Assembly (NCBI GenBank): GCA_963828965.1
Contig: CAWHGL010000004.1
Coordinates: 140,533 to 204,532 of the forward strand
Length of the DNA stretch: 64,000 nt
Origin: an uncultured Chloroflexia bacterium
GTDB lineage: Bacteria > Chloroflexota > Limnocylindria > Limnocylindrales > CSP1-4
Direction: 5' to 3'
Shown here: one piece after another, positions 26,392-34,732 of the stretch
Position numbering within the stretch: position 1 is the stretch's first letter
Layout: every line of letters starts with the position of its first letter
The notes under the pieces: model-generated
The model's input: the letters and a program-made list of their open reading frames with translations, nothing else
Database searches by the model: none
Told to the model about the DNA's origin: nothing
Position numbers and translations under genes: made by a program

Positions 26392-29310
26392 GTGGACGTC
26401 ACTGGAACGTTACGGGACAGGCCCCGCAGTCGCTACCGTTACGCGGTGGCGCACGAACGGCGCGGCAAGCCGCGGCTCGACATCCGACTCCTTGGTCCGC
26501 CCGAGGTCCTCGTCGACGGTCAGCCCCTGCGCGTCGACACCCGCAAGGCGATCGCGATCCTCGCCCTCCTCGGAGCCGAGGGCCGGGCGTTCGCCCGCGA
26601 CGAGCTGGCGGCCCTGCTCTGGCCCGAATCCGACGACATGGCCGCCCGCGGCGCGCTGCGGCGGACGCTTTCGACCATGCGGACCGCCATCGGTGAGGGG
26701 CCGCTGGTCATCGATCGCAGCCGGGTCGACCTCGATCGACGGATGGTCCGCGTCGATCTCGACATCGTCGATACCGCCACACGGTCCGACGACCGTCCGA
26801 CGCTGGCCGCGGCGGCGGCGCTCGCCCACGGGGCGTTCCTGGCCGGTTTCAACCTCCGCGACAGCCCCGAGTTCGACGACTGGCGGGCGGCGCGCGCGGT
26901 CGCGGCCGAGCGGGCGGTGCTGACCGTCCTGGATCGACTCGCCATCGTCGCCGAGGCGGATGGAGACCTGCCGGCCGCCATCGAAGCCGCGTCGCGTCGC
27001 CTGGATCTCGACCCGCTGGACGAGGGCGGCCACGTCCGGCTCATGGACCTCCTCGTCGCGACCGGTGACCGGTCCGCCGCGCTGCGCCAGTACCGGGTCT
27101 GCGTGGCGACGCTCGAGCGCGAGCTCGGCGTGGAGCCGCTCGCCTCGACGACCGCCCGCTACGAGGCGATCCGCGACCAGGATCCCGGCGTCGCGGCCAG
27201 GCCGGTCGAGGCGGCCAAGGCGGCAAGCGCGGCGATCGACGGCGACGGCGCGCAGGCATCCGATCACGACCTGCCGACCGCCTTCCCGCTGGTCGGCCGC
27301 GCCGACAGCCTTGGTGCGGTCCTCGCGGCACGGGCCGCGGCCGCCGGCGGGACTGGCCGGGTCGTCGCGGTCCTCGGCGAGGCCGGGATCGGCAAGACCC
27401 GGCTGGGCGACGAGATCGCGGCCCGCGTTCGAGCCGATGCCGGCGTCGTCCTCGCCGCCACCGCCTACCCGGCCGAGCGGGCGATCGCCTACGGCCCCAT
27501 CGTCGACTGGCTTCGGGCGGCGCTCGCCCTGCCGGACGCTGCCGAGCGCGCGGCCGGTCTGGAGGAAGCGACGCGGATGGAGCTCGCCCGGCTGTTGCCG
27601 GCCATCGAGTCGCACGGCGGGACGGCCCTTCCCGATGGCCCCGGCGCCCACGCTCGGCTCGTGGCTGCGATCGCGGACGGGCTGACCGGCCTCGTCGCCG
27701 GCTCGACGCCCGGACTGCTCTGGATCGACGACGTCCCGTGGCTCGACGCCTCGACCCGCGAGGCTCTCGAGTTCCTGGCGCGAAGGCTCGCCGGTCGTCC
27801 GATCGTCCTGCTCCTGACCGCACGACCCGGCGACCTGGATGCCGACGGACGCGCGTTCGTCGACCGGATGGCCGCGACCCCGGGCGCCGAACGACTCGAG
27901 CTCGCCCGGCTCGACCGGGCGGACGTCGCGACCCTGGTCGGCGTCGGTGCTGGCCCGGGCGGCCCCGACCCCGACGTGGTCGACCGCCTGTCCGTCGCCT
28001 CGGAGGGCCTGCCGCTCTACGTCGTCGAGGCGCTGACCGCCGGCCATGGCGCCGCCGTAGCCGACGCCCTCCCGGCCGGGGTCGGGGCCGTGCTCCGGGA
28101 GCGGCTCGGGGTCGTCGGCGAGACCGCCGGGCAGGTCCTTGCCGCGGCCTCCGTCATCGGACGCTCGTTCGACGTGGCCACGCTTCGCCATGCGAGCGGG
28201 CGGACCGACGACGAGACGGTCGACGCGCTCGACGAGAGCCTGCGCCGCGGGCTCATCCGCGAGGCTCCCGGCGGCTTCGACTTCGCCCACGGCGCGTTGC
28301 GCGATCTCGCCTACGAGCGGACGAGTCTGGCCCGCCGCCGGCTGCTCCACCGGCGTGTCGCCGAGGCGCTGCGCCTGGATCTCGCCGGAAGCGGCCGCGA
28401 CGACCTCGGGCGGCTCGTCCTCATCGCCGGTCACGAGCGTGCCGCCGGCCGGGACGCCGAGGCGGCCGAGGCGTATCGCCAGGCCGGCGAACGTGCGGCC
28501 GAGGTCTTCGCCAACCGCGACGCGATCGCCCACGACGAAGCGGCACTGGCCCTCGGCCATCCCGACCAGGTCGGGCTGTACAGCGCCATCGGGCGTCTGC
28601 GGACCCGGATCGGCGACTACACCGGGGCGATCGCGGCGCTCCAGGCCGCGGCGGCGCTCGCGGGGTCGTCGCGACCTGGCCGGCCTCGAGTGGGCGCTGG
28701 CTCGCGCCCACCTGCGCCGCGGCGACCTCGCTGCGGCCGACCACCATCTGGATGCTGCGGCGGCGGCCGCGCCCGACGATGCCGGTCTGGCCGCCCGCCT
28801 GTCGGTCGACCGGAGCGTCATCCGCCGCCGCCTCGGCGATCAGCCCGGCGCCGCGCTCGCCGCCGCGGACGGCCCTGGCGGAGGCCGACCCGCGCCGGCG
28901 ACCCGATCGCTGCTGGAGCCGCCCACCGGATGCAGGGTCTCGCCGCCCTCGATGGTGGCGATCCGGCCGCGGCCATCGCGGACCTCCAGATCGCTCTGGC
29001 GGCCGCGGCGAACGACCCCGACCCATCCGCCGAGGTCGCCGCGCGGACCGGTCTGGCCATGGCGATGGCCCGGACCGGCGATCTCGATGGGGCGCTGGCC
29101 GAGGGCGACGCCGCGCTCGCGGCCTGCCGACGGATCGGCGACCGACACCTGGAGGCCGCGGTGGAGAACCACCTCGCCGACCTGCTCCACGCGGCGAACC
29201 GCGACGAGGAGGCCATGCCCCACCTGCACCGCGCCGTGGCCGCGTTCGCCGAGGTGGGTGGTGACCCCACAGACCCCGATCCCGGGATCTGGATGCTGTC
29301 CGCCTCGTGA
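26392..29310 (+). CDS. Large SARP/AfsR-like regulator: OmpR-type winged helix + BTAD + NB-ARC/AAA ATPase + TPR
   Basis: 972-aa ORF. The DNA-binding part is LDIRLLGPPEVLVDGQPLRVDTRKAIAILALLG...ELAALLWPE. The BTAD part is DLDPLDEGGHVRLMDLLVATGDRSAALRQYRVCVATLERELGVEP. The P-loop is VLGEAGIGKTRL, followed by C-terminal TPR-like helices. The likely true start is the GTG at 26446. There is an out-of-frame excursion at about 28668-28890 (see findings). Confidence 0.8.
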   Translation: MDVTGTLRDRPRSRYRYAVAHERRGKPRLDIRLLGPPEVLVDGQPLRVDTRKAIAILALLGAEGRAFARDELAALLWPESDDMAARGALRRTLSTMRTAIGEGPLVIDRSRVDLDRRMVRVDLDIVDTATRSDDRPTLAAAAALAHGAFLAGFNLRDSPEFDDWRAARAVAAERAVLTVLDRLAIVAEADGDLPAAIEAASRRLDLDPLDEGGHVRLMDLLVATGDRSAALRQYRVCVATLERELGVEPLASTTARYEAIRDQDPGVAARPVEAAKAASAAIDGDGAQASDHDLPTAFPLVGRADSLGAVLAARAAAAGGTGRVVAVLGEAGIGKTRLGDEIAARVRADAGVVLAATAYPAERAIAYGPIVDWLRAALALPDAAERAAGLEEATRMELARLLPAIESHGGTALPDGPGAHARLVAAIADGLTGLVAGSTPGLLWIDDVPWLDASTREALEFLARRLAGRPIVLLLTARPGDLDADGRAFVDRMAATPGAERLELARLDRADVATLVGVGAGPGGPDPDVVDRLSVASEGLPLYVVEALTAGHGAAVADALPAGVGAVLRERLGVVGETAGQVLAAASVIGRSFDVATLRHASGRTDDETVDALDESLRRGLIREAPGGFDFAHGALRDLAYERTSLARRRLLHRRVAEALRLDLAGSGRDDLGRLVLIAGHERAAGRDAEAAEAYRQAGERAAEVFANRDAIAHDEAALALGHPDQVGLYSAIGRLRTRIGDYTGAIAALQAAAALAGSSRPGRPRVGAGSRPPAPRRPRCGRPPSGCCGGGRARRCRSGRPPVGRPERHPPPPRRSARRRARRRGRPWRRPTRAGDPIAAGAAHRMQGLAALDGGDPAAAIADLQIALAAAANDPDPSAEVAARTGLAMAMARTGDLDGALAEGDAALAACRRIGDRHLEAAVENHLADLLHAANRDEEAMPHLHRAVAAFAEVGGDPTDPDPGIWMLSAS

Positions 29311-29317
29311 GGCAGGC

Positions 29318-30763
29318 TCAGCCGCCCACGACGAACGGTTCGCCGGGCGAGAACTCGAGATCAGGCCACGTGCCGTGGGCGCAGACCGGCCCGTAGGTCA
29401 ACGCCTCCAGGCTGGCGGTCGCCGTGACGGGCGACCCGGCTCCGGCGTCGTCGTTGGCCGCGGCGCCCTGCACGATCCACTCCGGAGGGCTGGTCTCCGT
29501 GGATAGGTCGACCGTCGCAAGGAAGTCGGTGGCGTCCGTCCACGGGTGCGGCGGTCGTACGCCGACGACCAGCAGTCCCGACGGGGTCCCTTCGGTGCCG
29601 GTGAACCGGACCGTGTACACCCCGGGTCCGGACCCGTTCACGGTCGCGGCACAGGTCGTGCCGTCCCATGTCACGTCCATCGTTCCCGCCAGCGAGAACG
29701 GCGTCGCTCGTGGCGCCCCGCGCTGCAGCGCAGCCAGCAGCGCAGCCTCGACGGCGGGTCGATCTGCGGCGGAGGCATAGCGGATCGGCCGACCGGCCGC
29801 GTCCTGGGTCAGGCGTCCGTCGTCGCCGACGACGACGTCGGCGTCCGCCCAGGTCACGAGGTCCTGGTCGCTCAGCGACAGGGCCGCGAGCTCGTCCCAG
29901 AGCTGCTGGCCCTGGCTGGGGTCGAGGCGTCCGGGGTTGCGTAGCAGCAGCTCGTCCACGAGATCAGCGCCAGCCGCGGCGTGGTCCGTCGCCAGGCGAT
30001 CGGCGAGGTCCGCCGGGACGGGGACGTCGTCGGTCGCGTCGAGCGGGACGAGATCGATCGGCACATCCGTTGCGAGCACCGCCTCCACCGCAGACGGGTC
30101 GGCGAACGCGTTCCACTCGAACGGATCGGTCGCGTCGTGGCCACCCACGAAGACGTTGCCAGGCGCCTCGATCGTCCCGAGCATGGCGTGGATGCCGGCG
30201 ATCCGGTCGGGCAAGGTCGGGTCAGCCGCGAAGGCGTCCTCGAGGTTCGTGAGGGGCCCGAGCGTCACGATCGTGGGCGCGCTGGGACTGTCGTCCACGG
30301 CGGCGCGGATGACCTCGACCGCGTCGTGCGGGACGCCGGCCTCCGCCTTCGGCGTGATGTCCAGCCCGTACCCCTTGTCGGCCACGGCGCGCCAGTCGTC
30401 GGGGAACGGGGTCGCGTCCGGGCCGCCGGCCTCGCGGCCGCAGCCGAACGGGATGTCCGGCTGGCCGAACTCGTCGAGCAGGTAGCGCGTCACGAGGCGA
30501 CCACCCTGGCAGTGCACGACGCCGGTGCCGTCGATGGCGATGGCCCGCACATCGACCTCCGGATCGCGCAGCAGGACGGAGATGGCGGCGATGTCGCTGA
30601 GGTCGAAGTCGGCGTCGATGATGATCGGCCGCCGGTCCGGTGCCGGCTCTCCGGTCGGAGCCGGGGTCAGCGACGTCTCGGCGGTCGCGTCGCAGGCGGC
30701 GAGCACGAGCCCGAGCAGCAGGAGCCGGACCAGACCGGTCCGATGCGGGTACCTCTTCGTCAT
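29318..30763 (-). CDS. Secreted/lipoprotein nucleoside hydrolase (IUNH family) with an extra C-terminal domain
   Basis: Lies in ORF 29318..30790, starting at MTKRYPHRTGLVRLLLLGLVLAAC (lipobox). The N-terminal Asp cluster IIIDADFDLSDIAAI is followed by TIVTLGPLTNLEDA, which is IUNH-like. The C-terminal roughly 150 aa are unassigned. Confidence 0.75.
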   Translation of the reverse strand: MTKRYPHRTGLVRLLLLGLVLAACDATAETSLTPAPTGEPAPDRRPIIIDADFDLSDIAAISVLLRDPEVDVRAIAIDGTGVVHCQGGRLVTRYLLDEFGQPDIPFGCGREAGGPDATPFPDDWRAVADKGYGLDITPKAEAGVPHDAVEVIRAAVDDSPSAPTIVTLGPLTNLEDAFAADPTLPDRIAGIHAMLGTIEAPGNVFVGGHDATDPFEWNAFADPSAVEAVLATDVPIDLVPLDATDDVPVPADLADRLATDHAAAGADLVDELLLRNPGRLDPSQGQQLWDELAALSLSDQDLVTWADADVVVGDDGRLTQDAAGRPIRYASAADRPAVEAALLAALQRGAPRATPFSLAGTMDVTWDGTTCAATVNGSGPGVYTVRFTGTEGTPSGLLVVGVRPPHPWTDATDFLATVDLSTETSPPEWIVQGAAANDDAGAGSPVTATASLEALTYGPVCAHGTWPDLEFSPGEPFVVGG

Positions 30764-30797
30764 GGGCGCAGGATGCGCCCATGACGTCACGAAGGGG

Positions 30798-31061
30798 TTA
30801 CGACGGCGTCTCGACCTTGTTCGACGGGTCGTTCACGTTCGACACGCCGACCGTGATGCCCTTGCCGCCCTCGCCGACGATCTCGAGCGCGACGAGGTAG
30901 CCGGCGTCCGCGACCCACAGGTCGACCGAGGTCCCGGCCGGCAGCTGGGCACCGAGCGCGGTGCCGGGTCGATCGAGACGTGGTGGGCCTGGATCCCGTT
31001 CTTGTCCTCGACGCCCTTGTCGGCGGCCGGCCGGATCCGCGCAACGGTACCGATGGGCGTC
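30798..31061 (-). pseudogene. Orphan 3' fragment of a gene (no start codon, one frame change)
   Basis: Manual minus-strand translation gives ...GTVARIRPAADKGVEDKNGIQAHHVSIDP, a frame change at about 30960, then GTALGAQLPAGTSVDLWVADAGYLVALEIVGEGGKGITVGVSNVNDPSNKVETPS and a stop at 30798. It begins immediately after the paralog E stop (31065). Confidence 0.4.
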
Positions 31062-31064
31062 CGT

Positions 31065-32279
31065 TCAGCGTCCGTCGTCGCGCAGCCACAACCCCTGGCG
31101 CGCCGGGCGGACGGCCTGATCGATGGTCAGACCGAGGTCGCGCACGAGCGCGTCGATGTCGACCTCGTCGCGCAGCCGCTCGCCGAAGGCATCGATGGTC
31201 CGTTCGCCGTCGACCCGCGCCCGGTCGAAGCGCCGGTCGACGACGCGCTGGACACGCCGACGGATCGGCTGGAAGAGGCTGGCCACGATGAGCGTCGAGA
31301 CGGCGACCGTGATGGTGTCCTCGCCGACCAGTCCGCCGAGCGGACCCTGCAGCAGGAGCACGCTGATCGCATACGCCGCGACGAGTAGCACGGACACGAT
31401 GGCGTACGAGATGCCGCGGCTGATGAGCCGGTCGATCTCGTACAGCCGGTAGCGCACGATCGCGATCCCGATGGCCACGGGGATCGCGTTGAGGCCCAGG
31501 ATCCCGACGCCTTCGAAGATGGCACGCAGATCGGGCGGCGTGAAGAACGAGCAGGCGAAGGCGACCGCGGCGACGCCGGCAGCCGCGGCCAGCCACCGGA
31601 TCTGATGGCGGCCGATGTCATCCGAGCGTCGGTAGCGGAGGACCAGGGAGGCGACCGCCAGGGCGAACATCGGGACGGCCATGACGGTGGCCACCGCCTC
31701 GATGGCCAGCAGGGCGGGCGCCAGCTCGGGGAGATACAGCGGGTTGATCAGGATCGACGACTCCATCAGCTCCCGCTGGCCGAGCAGGGCCTTGAGGTCG
31801 GCGCCTGCGACGGCGAGCGCCGTCCCGACGATCACCCATCGCCAGCGTGGCGAGAGCAAACGCCCGTCCGGAAACACCAGTGGGATGCCGACGAGGACGA
31901 GGACCAGGGAGGGGATGAACACCAGATTCGCGATGAGGCCGGCGATCACCGCATCGGGCTGCTCGACCAGCGCGCCACTGACGCCCGTCCGGGCGATGAC
32001 CCACGACCCGCCCCCGATGAGCAGGGCGAAGCCGACCGTGGCGAACAGCAGCATCGGGCCGATCGGATTACCGGGCACGCGGACGGTCAGGAACGCGCCG
32101 ACGCCACCGAACGCGATCGGCATCGTGACGAAGGTGACGATGTCCATGGGCGTGGCCGCCCAGGTCGTCAGGCTGAGGATCGAGGCCAGCAGGGCGACCC
32201 CGGCGATCGACCATGCGCTGACGACGCGCAGGGAAAGGGAGTGGCGTCGAGCGGCGGGCGCGGCGATCACGAGTGGCAC
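31065..32279 (-). CDS. Polytopic membrane protein, kinase-less sensor-like family, paralog E
   Basis: 404-aa ORF. Motifs: VRVPGNPIGPMLL, FPDGRLLSPRWRW, RYRRSDDIGRHQIRWL, RYRLYEIDRLISR, LFQPIRRRVQRVVDRRFDRARVD, LWLR. Confidence 0.8.
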   Translation of the reverse strand: MPLVIAAPAARRHSLSLRVVSAWSIAGVALLASILSLTTWAATPMDIVTFVTMPIAFGGVGAFLTVRVPGNPIGPMLLFATVGFALLIGGGSWVIARTGVSGALVEQPDAVIAGLIANLVFIPSLVLVLVGIPLVFPDGRLLSPRWRWVIVGTALAVAGADLKALLGQRELMESSILINPLYLPELAPALLAIEAVATVMAVPMFALAVASLVLRYRRSDDIGRHQIRWLAAAAGVAAVAFACSFFTPPDLRAIFEGVGILGLNAIPVAIGIAIVRYRLYEIDRLISRGISYAIVSVLLVAAYAISVLLLQGPLGGLVGEDTITVAVSTLIVASLFQPIRRRVQRVVDRRFDRARVDGERTIDAFGERLRDEVDIDALVRDLGLTIDQAVRPARQGLWLRDDGR

Positions 32280-32306
32280 CTTACCGGCCCGACCGTTCGC
32301 ACATCG

Positions 32307-32771
32307 TTACGGCAGCGCGCCTCGATCGAACCAGATCCGCTCCCCGGTGAACCGCTCCGTGACGGGATCCCAGGGAAACAGGATGAGGACTTCGAGGGCG
32401 ACGGCCAGCCCGGACGGCGCGACGCCCGCCCACGGTCCCTGGTTGGTGCCGGTGAGCGTCGCGACCTCGAACACGCCCTGCGGTCCGACGACGATCTCGC
32501 TCAGCGCGAACGCGTTGTCCGGGAAGGCCGCAAAGAGCTCCGTGTAGAACGCCCGCGCCCCATCGAGCCCGTCCCAGCGCTGGCCGGTGACGACGATCTC
32601 GTACGTGCAGGCGGGGCTGAGCGTCGCGATGAGGCCATCGATGTCGCGGCGGTCCTCCGCGATCGAGTGGCGGACCCACAGGCGCTTGATCCGTCGCAGC
32701 TCGGCCGGATCGAAGCCGCGCGCGAGCCGGGCCTGGATCGGTCCCGGCTCCGGCGCGGGCGACGACGTCAT
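32307..32771 (-). CDS. SnoaL-like / NTF2-superfamily protein (ester-cyclase-like)
   Basis: Lies in ORF 32307..32918, from MTSSPAPEPG. The body reads LWVRHSIAEDRRDIDGLIATLSPACTYEIV...FYTELFAAFPDNAFALSEIVVGPQGVFEVATLTGTNQGPWAG. ATGA overlap with the upstream gene. Confidence 0.65.
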   Translation of the reverse strand: MTSSPAPEPGPIQARLARGFDPAELRRIKRLWVRHSIAEDRRDIDGLIATLSPACTYEIVVTGQRWDGLDGARAFYTELFAAFPDNAFALSEIVVGPQGVFEVATLTGTNQGPWAGVAPSGLAVALEVLILFPWDPVTERFTGERIWFDRGALP

Positions 32772-34045
32772 CGGCGGGCGATCGCCTCGACGGCCTCGAG
32801 CGCGCGATCGACCTCCTCGGCGGTGTTGTAGTGGACGAGCCCGAGGCGCAGCACGCCGCCGATGTCCGCCTTGCCCAGTCGCTCGATGAGCCCGGTCGCG
32901 TAGAAGTCGCCGTCCCACACGAAGATGCCCTGACGTCCGAGCGCCTCCGCCGCGCCGCGCGGCGCGACGCCATCGATCGACACGGACACGGTCGGCACGC
33001 GCTCCGCGGCCCGACCCGGGTCGACCAGCCCGTGGATGGTCACGCCATCGATGGCCGCGAGCCCATCGAGGAGCCGGCGCACGAGCCCCTGCTCGTAGGC
33101 CACGATGGCCGTCATGCCGGCGACGAGCTCGCGCCGGCGCTCGCTGGCATCGGCCGCGCCCGGCGCGCCGGCGACGTCACCGTACGAGCGGCCGACGTCG
33201 CGCAGATAGTCGGTGACGGCGAGCGTGCCGGCGATCGATTCGAAGGCGGCTGTCCCGGTCTCGAACCGGTCGTGTGCGGGTCGGACCTTGAACGCGGGCA
33301 GCCGGTCGAAGACCTCGGCCTTCCCGTACAGCGCGCCGAGGTGCGGCCCGAACCATTTGTAGGCGCTGCAGACGAGGAAGTCGGTGTCGAGCGCCCGGAC
33401 GTCGATGGGGCCGTGGGGCGCGTAGGCGACCGCGTCGACATAGGTGAGCGCGCCGACCTCGTGGGCGCGCGCGACGATCTCGGCGACCGGGTTGATCGCG
33501 CCGACCGCGTTGCTCGCGTAGCCCACCGCGACGAGCTTCGTCCGGTCGTTGAGCTTCGACTCGAGGTCCTCGAGATCGAGGGTCACGTCGTCCTCGTGGA
33601 TGTCGACCTTGCGGACGGTCAGCCCACGGTCCTGGGCCATCGCCTCCCACGTGCTGACGTTGGCCTCGTGGTCGAGCGTCGTGACGACGATCTCGTCGCC
33701 GGGCCGCAGGGTCGCGCCGATGCAGCGCCCGATATGGAGCGTGAGCGTCGACATGTTGTAGCCGAACTTGATCTCCTCGGGGCTCGCGGCGCCCAGGAAG
33801 TCGGCGACCGCGGCGTGGGCCTCGTCGACGATGGCGTCGCTGGCCTCGCTCGTGACGAAGGCCCCGCCGGCATTGGCGTTCGTGTTCGTGTAGTAGTCGG
33901 TGACGGCATCGATGACGCGCTGCGGGACCTGCGTGCCGCCCGGTCCGTCGAGGAAGACCGCCGGCCGGCCGTCGGGTCCACGGCGGGCGAGGGCCGGGAA
34001 CTCGGCCCGCAGGGCCTCGACATCGAACGCGGGCAGGGCGGGCAT
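32768..34045 (-). CDS. Class V aminotransferase, cysteine desulfurase-like family protein
   Basis: 425 aa. Sequence includes FLDGPGGTQVPQRVIDAVTDYYTNTNANAGGAF...TTLDHEANVSTW...FLVCSAYKWFGPHLGALYG, where the Lys in SAYKW is the putative PLP lysine. Confidence 0.8.
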   Translation of the reverse strand: MPALPAFDVEALRAEFPALARRGPDGRPAVFLDGPGGTQVPQRVIDAVTDYYTNTNANAGGAFVTSEASDAIVDEAHAAVADFLGAASPEEIKFGYNMSTLTLHIGRCIGATLRPGDEIVVTTLDHEANVSTWEAMAQDRGLTVRKVDIHEDDVTLDLEDLESKLNDRTKLVAVGYASNAVGAINPVAEIVARAHEVGALTYVDAVAYAPHGPIDVRALDTDFLVCSAYKWFGPHLGALYGKAEVFDRLPAFKVRPAHDRFETGTAAFESIAGTLAVTDYLRDVGRSYGDVAGAPGAADASERRRELVAGMTAIVAYEQGLVRRLLDGLAAIDGVTIHGLVDPGRAAERVPTVSVSIDGVAPRGAAEALGRQGIFVWDGDFYATGLIERLGKADIGGVLRLGLVHYNTAEEVDRALEAVEAIARR

Positions 34046-34151
34046 GGATCCTCCGGGGATGGCGTCACGGTGAGCGACCGCAGCCTAGCGCCTCACCACG
34101 GGTGACGTCTGCCCGGACTTGGCCGACACCGTCGGGATCGTGCGCATCCCG

Positions 34152-34586
34152 TCACGCTACGTCGATCACGTGCTCGCCGGTGCTGGACCACGCGTCGATG
34201 TGGCGGGCGCGGACCTTGATCAGGACGACCGATGGATCCTCGGGACCATTCGTGAACCAGCGCTCGATGTCCTCGTGCCAGAGCCGACGCTTAGCCTCGA
34301 CGTCGTCGCGGACGACGGCGGCGACGCCCTCGACATTGACCCAGGTGGCGTTCGCACTGTCGATGAACGCGAGCTCGACCGTCGGATCCGCCTCGACCTC
34401 GCGGACCTTGCGGCTGTCGGCGGCGGCGAAGAACCAGCTATCGCCGTCGTATTCGACGTCGCCGTTGTTCGACATCGGTCGACCGTGCAGGGTGCCGTCA
34501 TCGGCGCGGGATGTGAGCATGCAGATGTCGAGCCTGGCGAGCAGCTCGGCGATGGCGGACAGTTCGTCGGTTCGGGTCGTGGCCAT
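34152..34586 (-). CDS. Pyridoxamine 5'-phosphate oxidase-family (general stress protein 26-like) protein
   Basis: 144 aa. Sequence includes ICMLTSRADDGTLHGRPMSNNGDVEYDGDSWFFAAADSRKVREVEADPTVELAF...EAKRRLWHEDIERWF. Confidence 0.75.
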   Translation of the reverse strand: MATTRTDELSAIAELLARLDICMLTSRADDGTLHGRPMSNNGDVEYDGDSWFFAAADSRKVREVEADPTVELAFIDSANATWVNVEGVAAVVRDDVEAKRRLWHEDIERWFTNGPEDPSVVLIKVRARHIDAWSSTGEHVIDVA

Positions 34587-34732
34587 GGGTGGGACTCACA
34601 TTGCGGGTTCGGTCTCTGTTACCTTCGGTCGGTCGCAGGTCCCGGATGTCCGCATCACCGCGTGATGGCGTTGCAAACATGCGAGAGCGGCGCCAAGGGC
34701 GGCGTGGCCGGGCCCGACGACAGCCGTTGGTC

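Noticed and set aside
26410-28821. 803-aa minus-strand ORF opposite the SARP gene, with similar long shadows at 39508..41865 (-) and 6815..8641 (+)
   Set aside because: The opposite strand carries recognisable domains in each case (BTAD/P-loop/TPR; TPR and NicO; fumarase and sigma/anti-sigma). These ORFs are compositionally biased and have no motifs.
21560-32279. Whether the five-copy membrane family marks a mobile element or genomic island
   Set aside because: I saw no transposase, integrase, flanking tRNA, or terminal inverted or direct repeats. By eye, the base composition is no different from the flanks. I treat it as a local paralog expansion.
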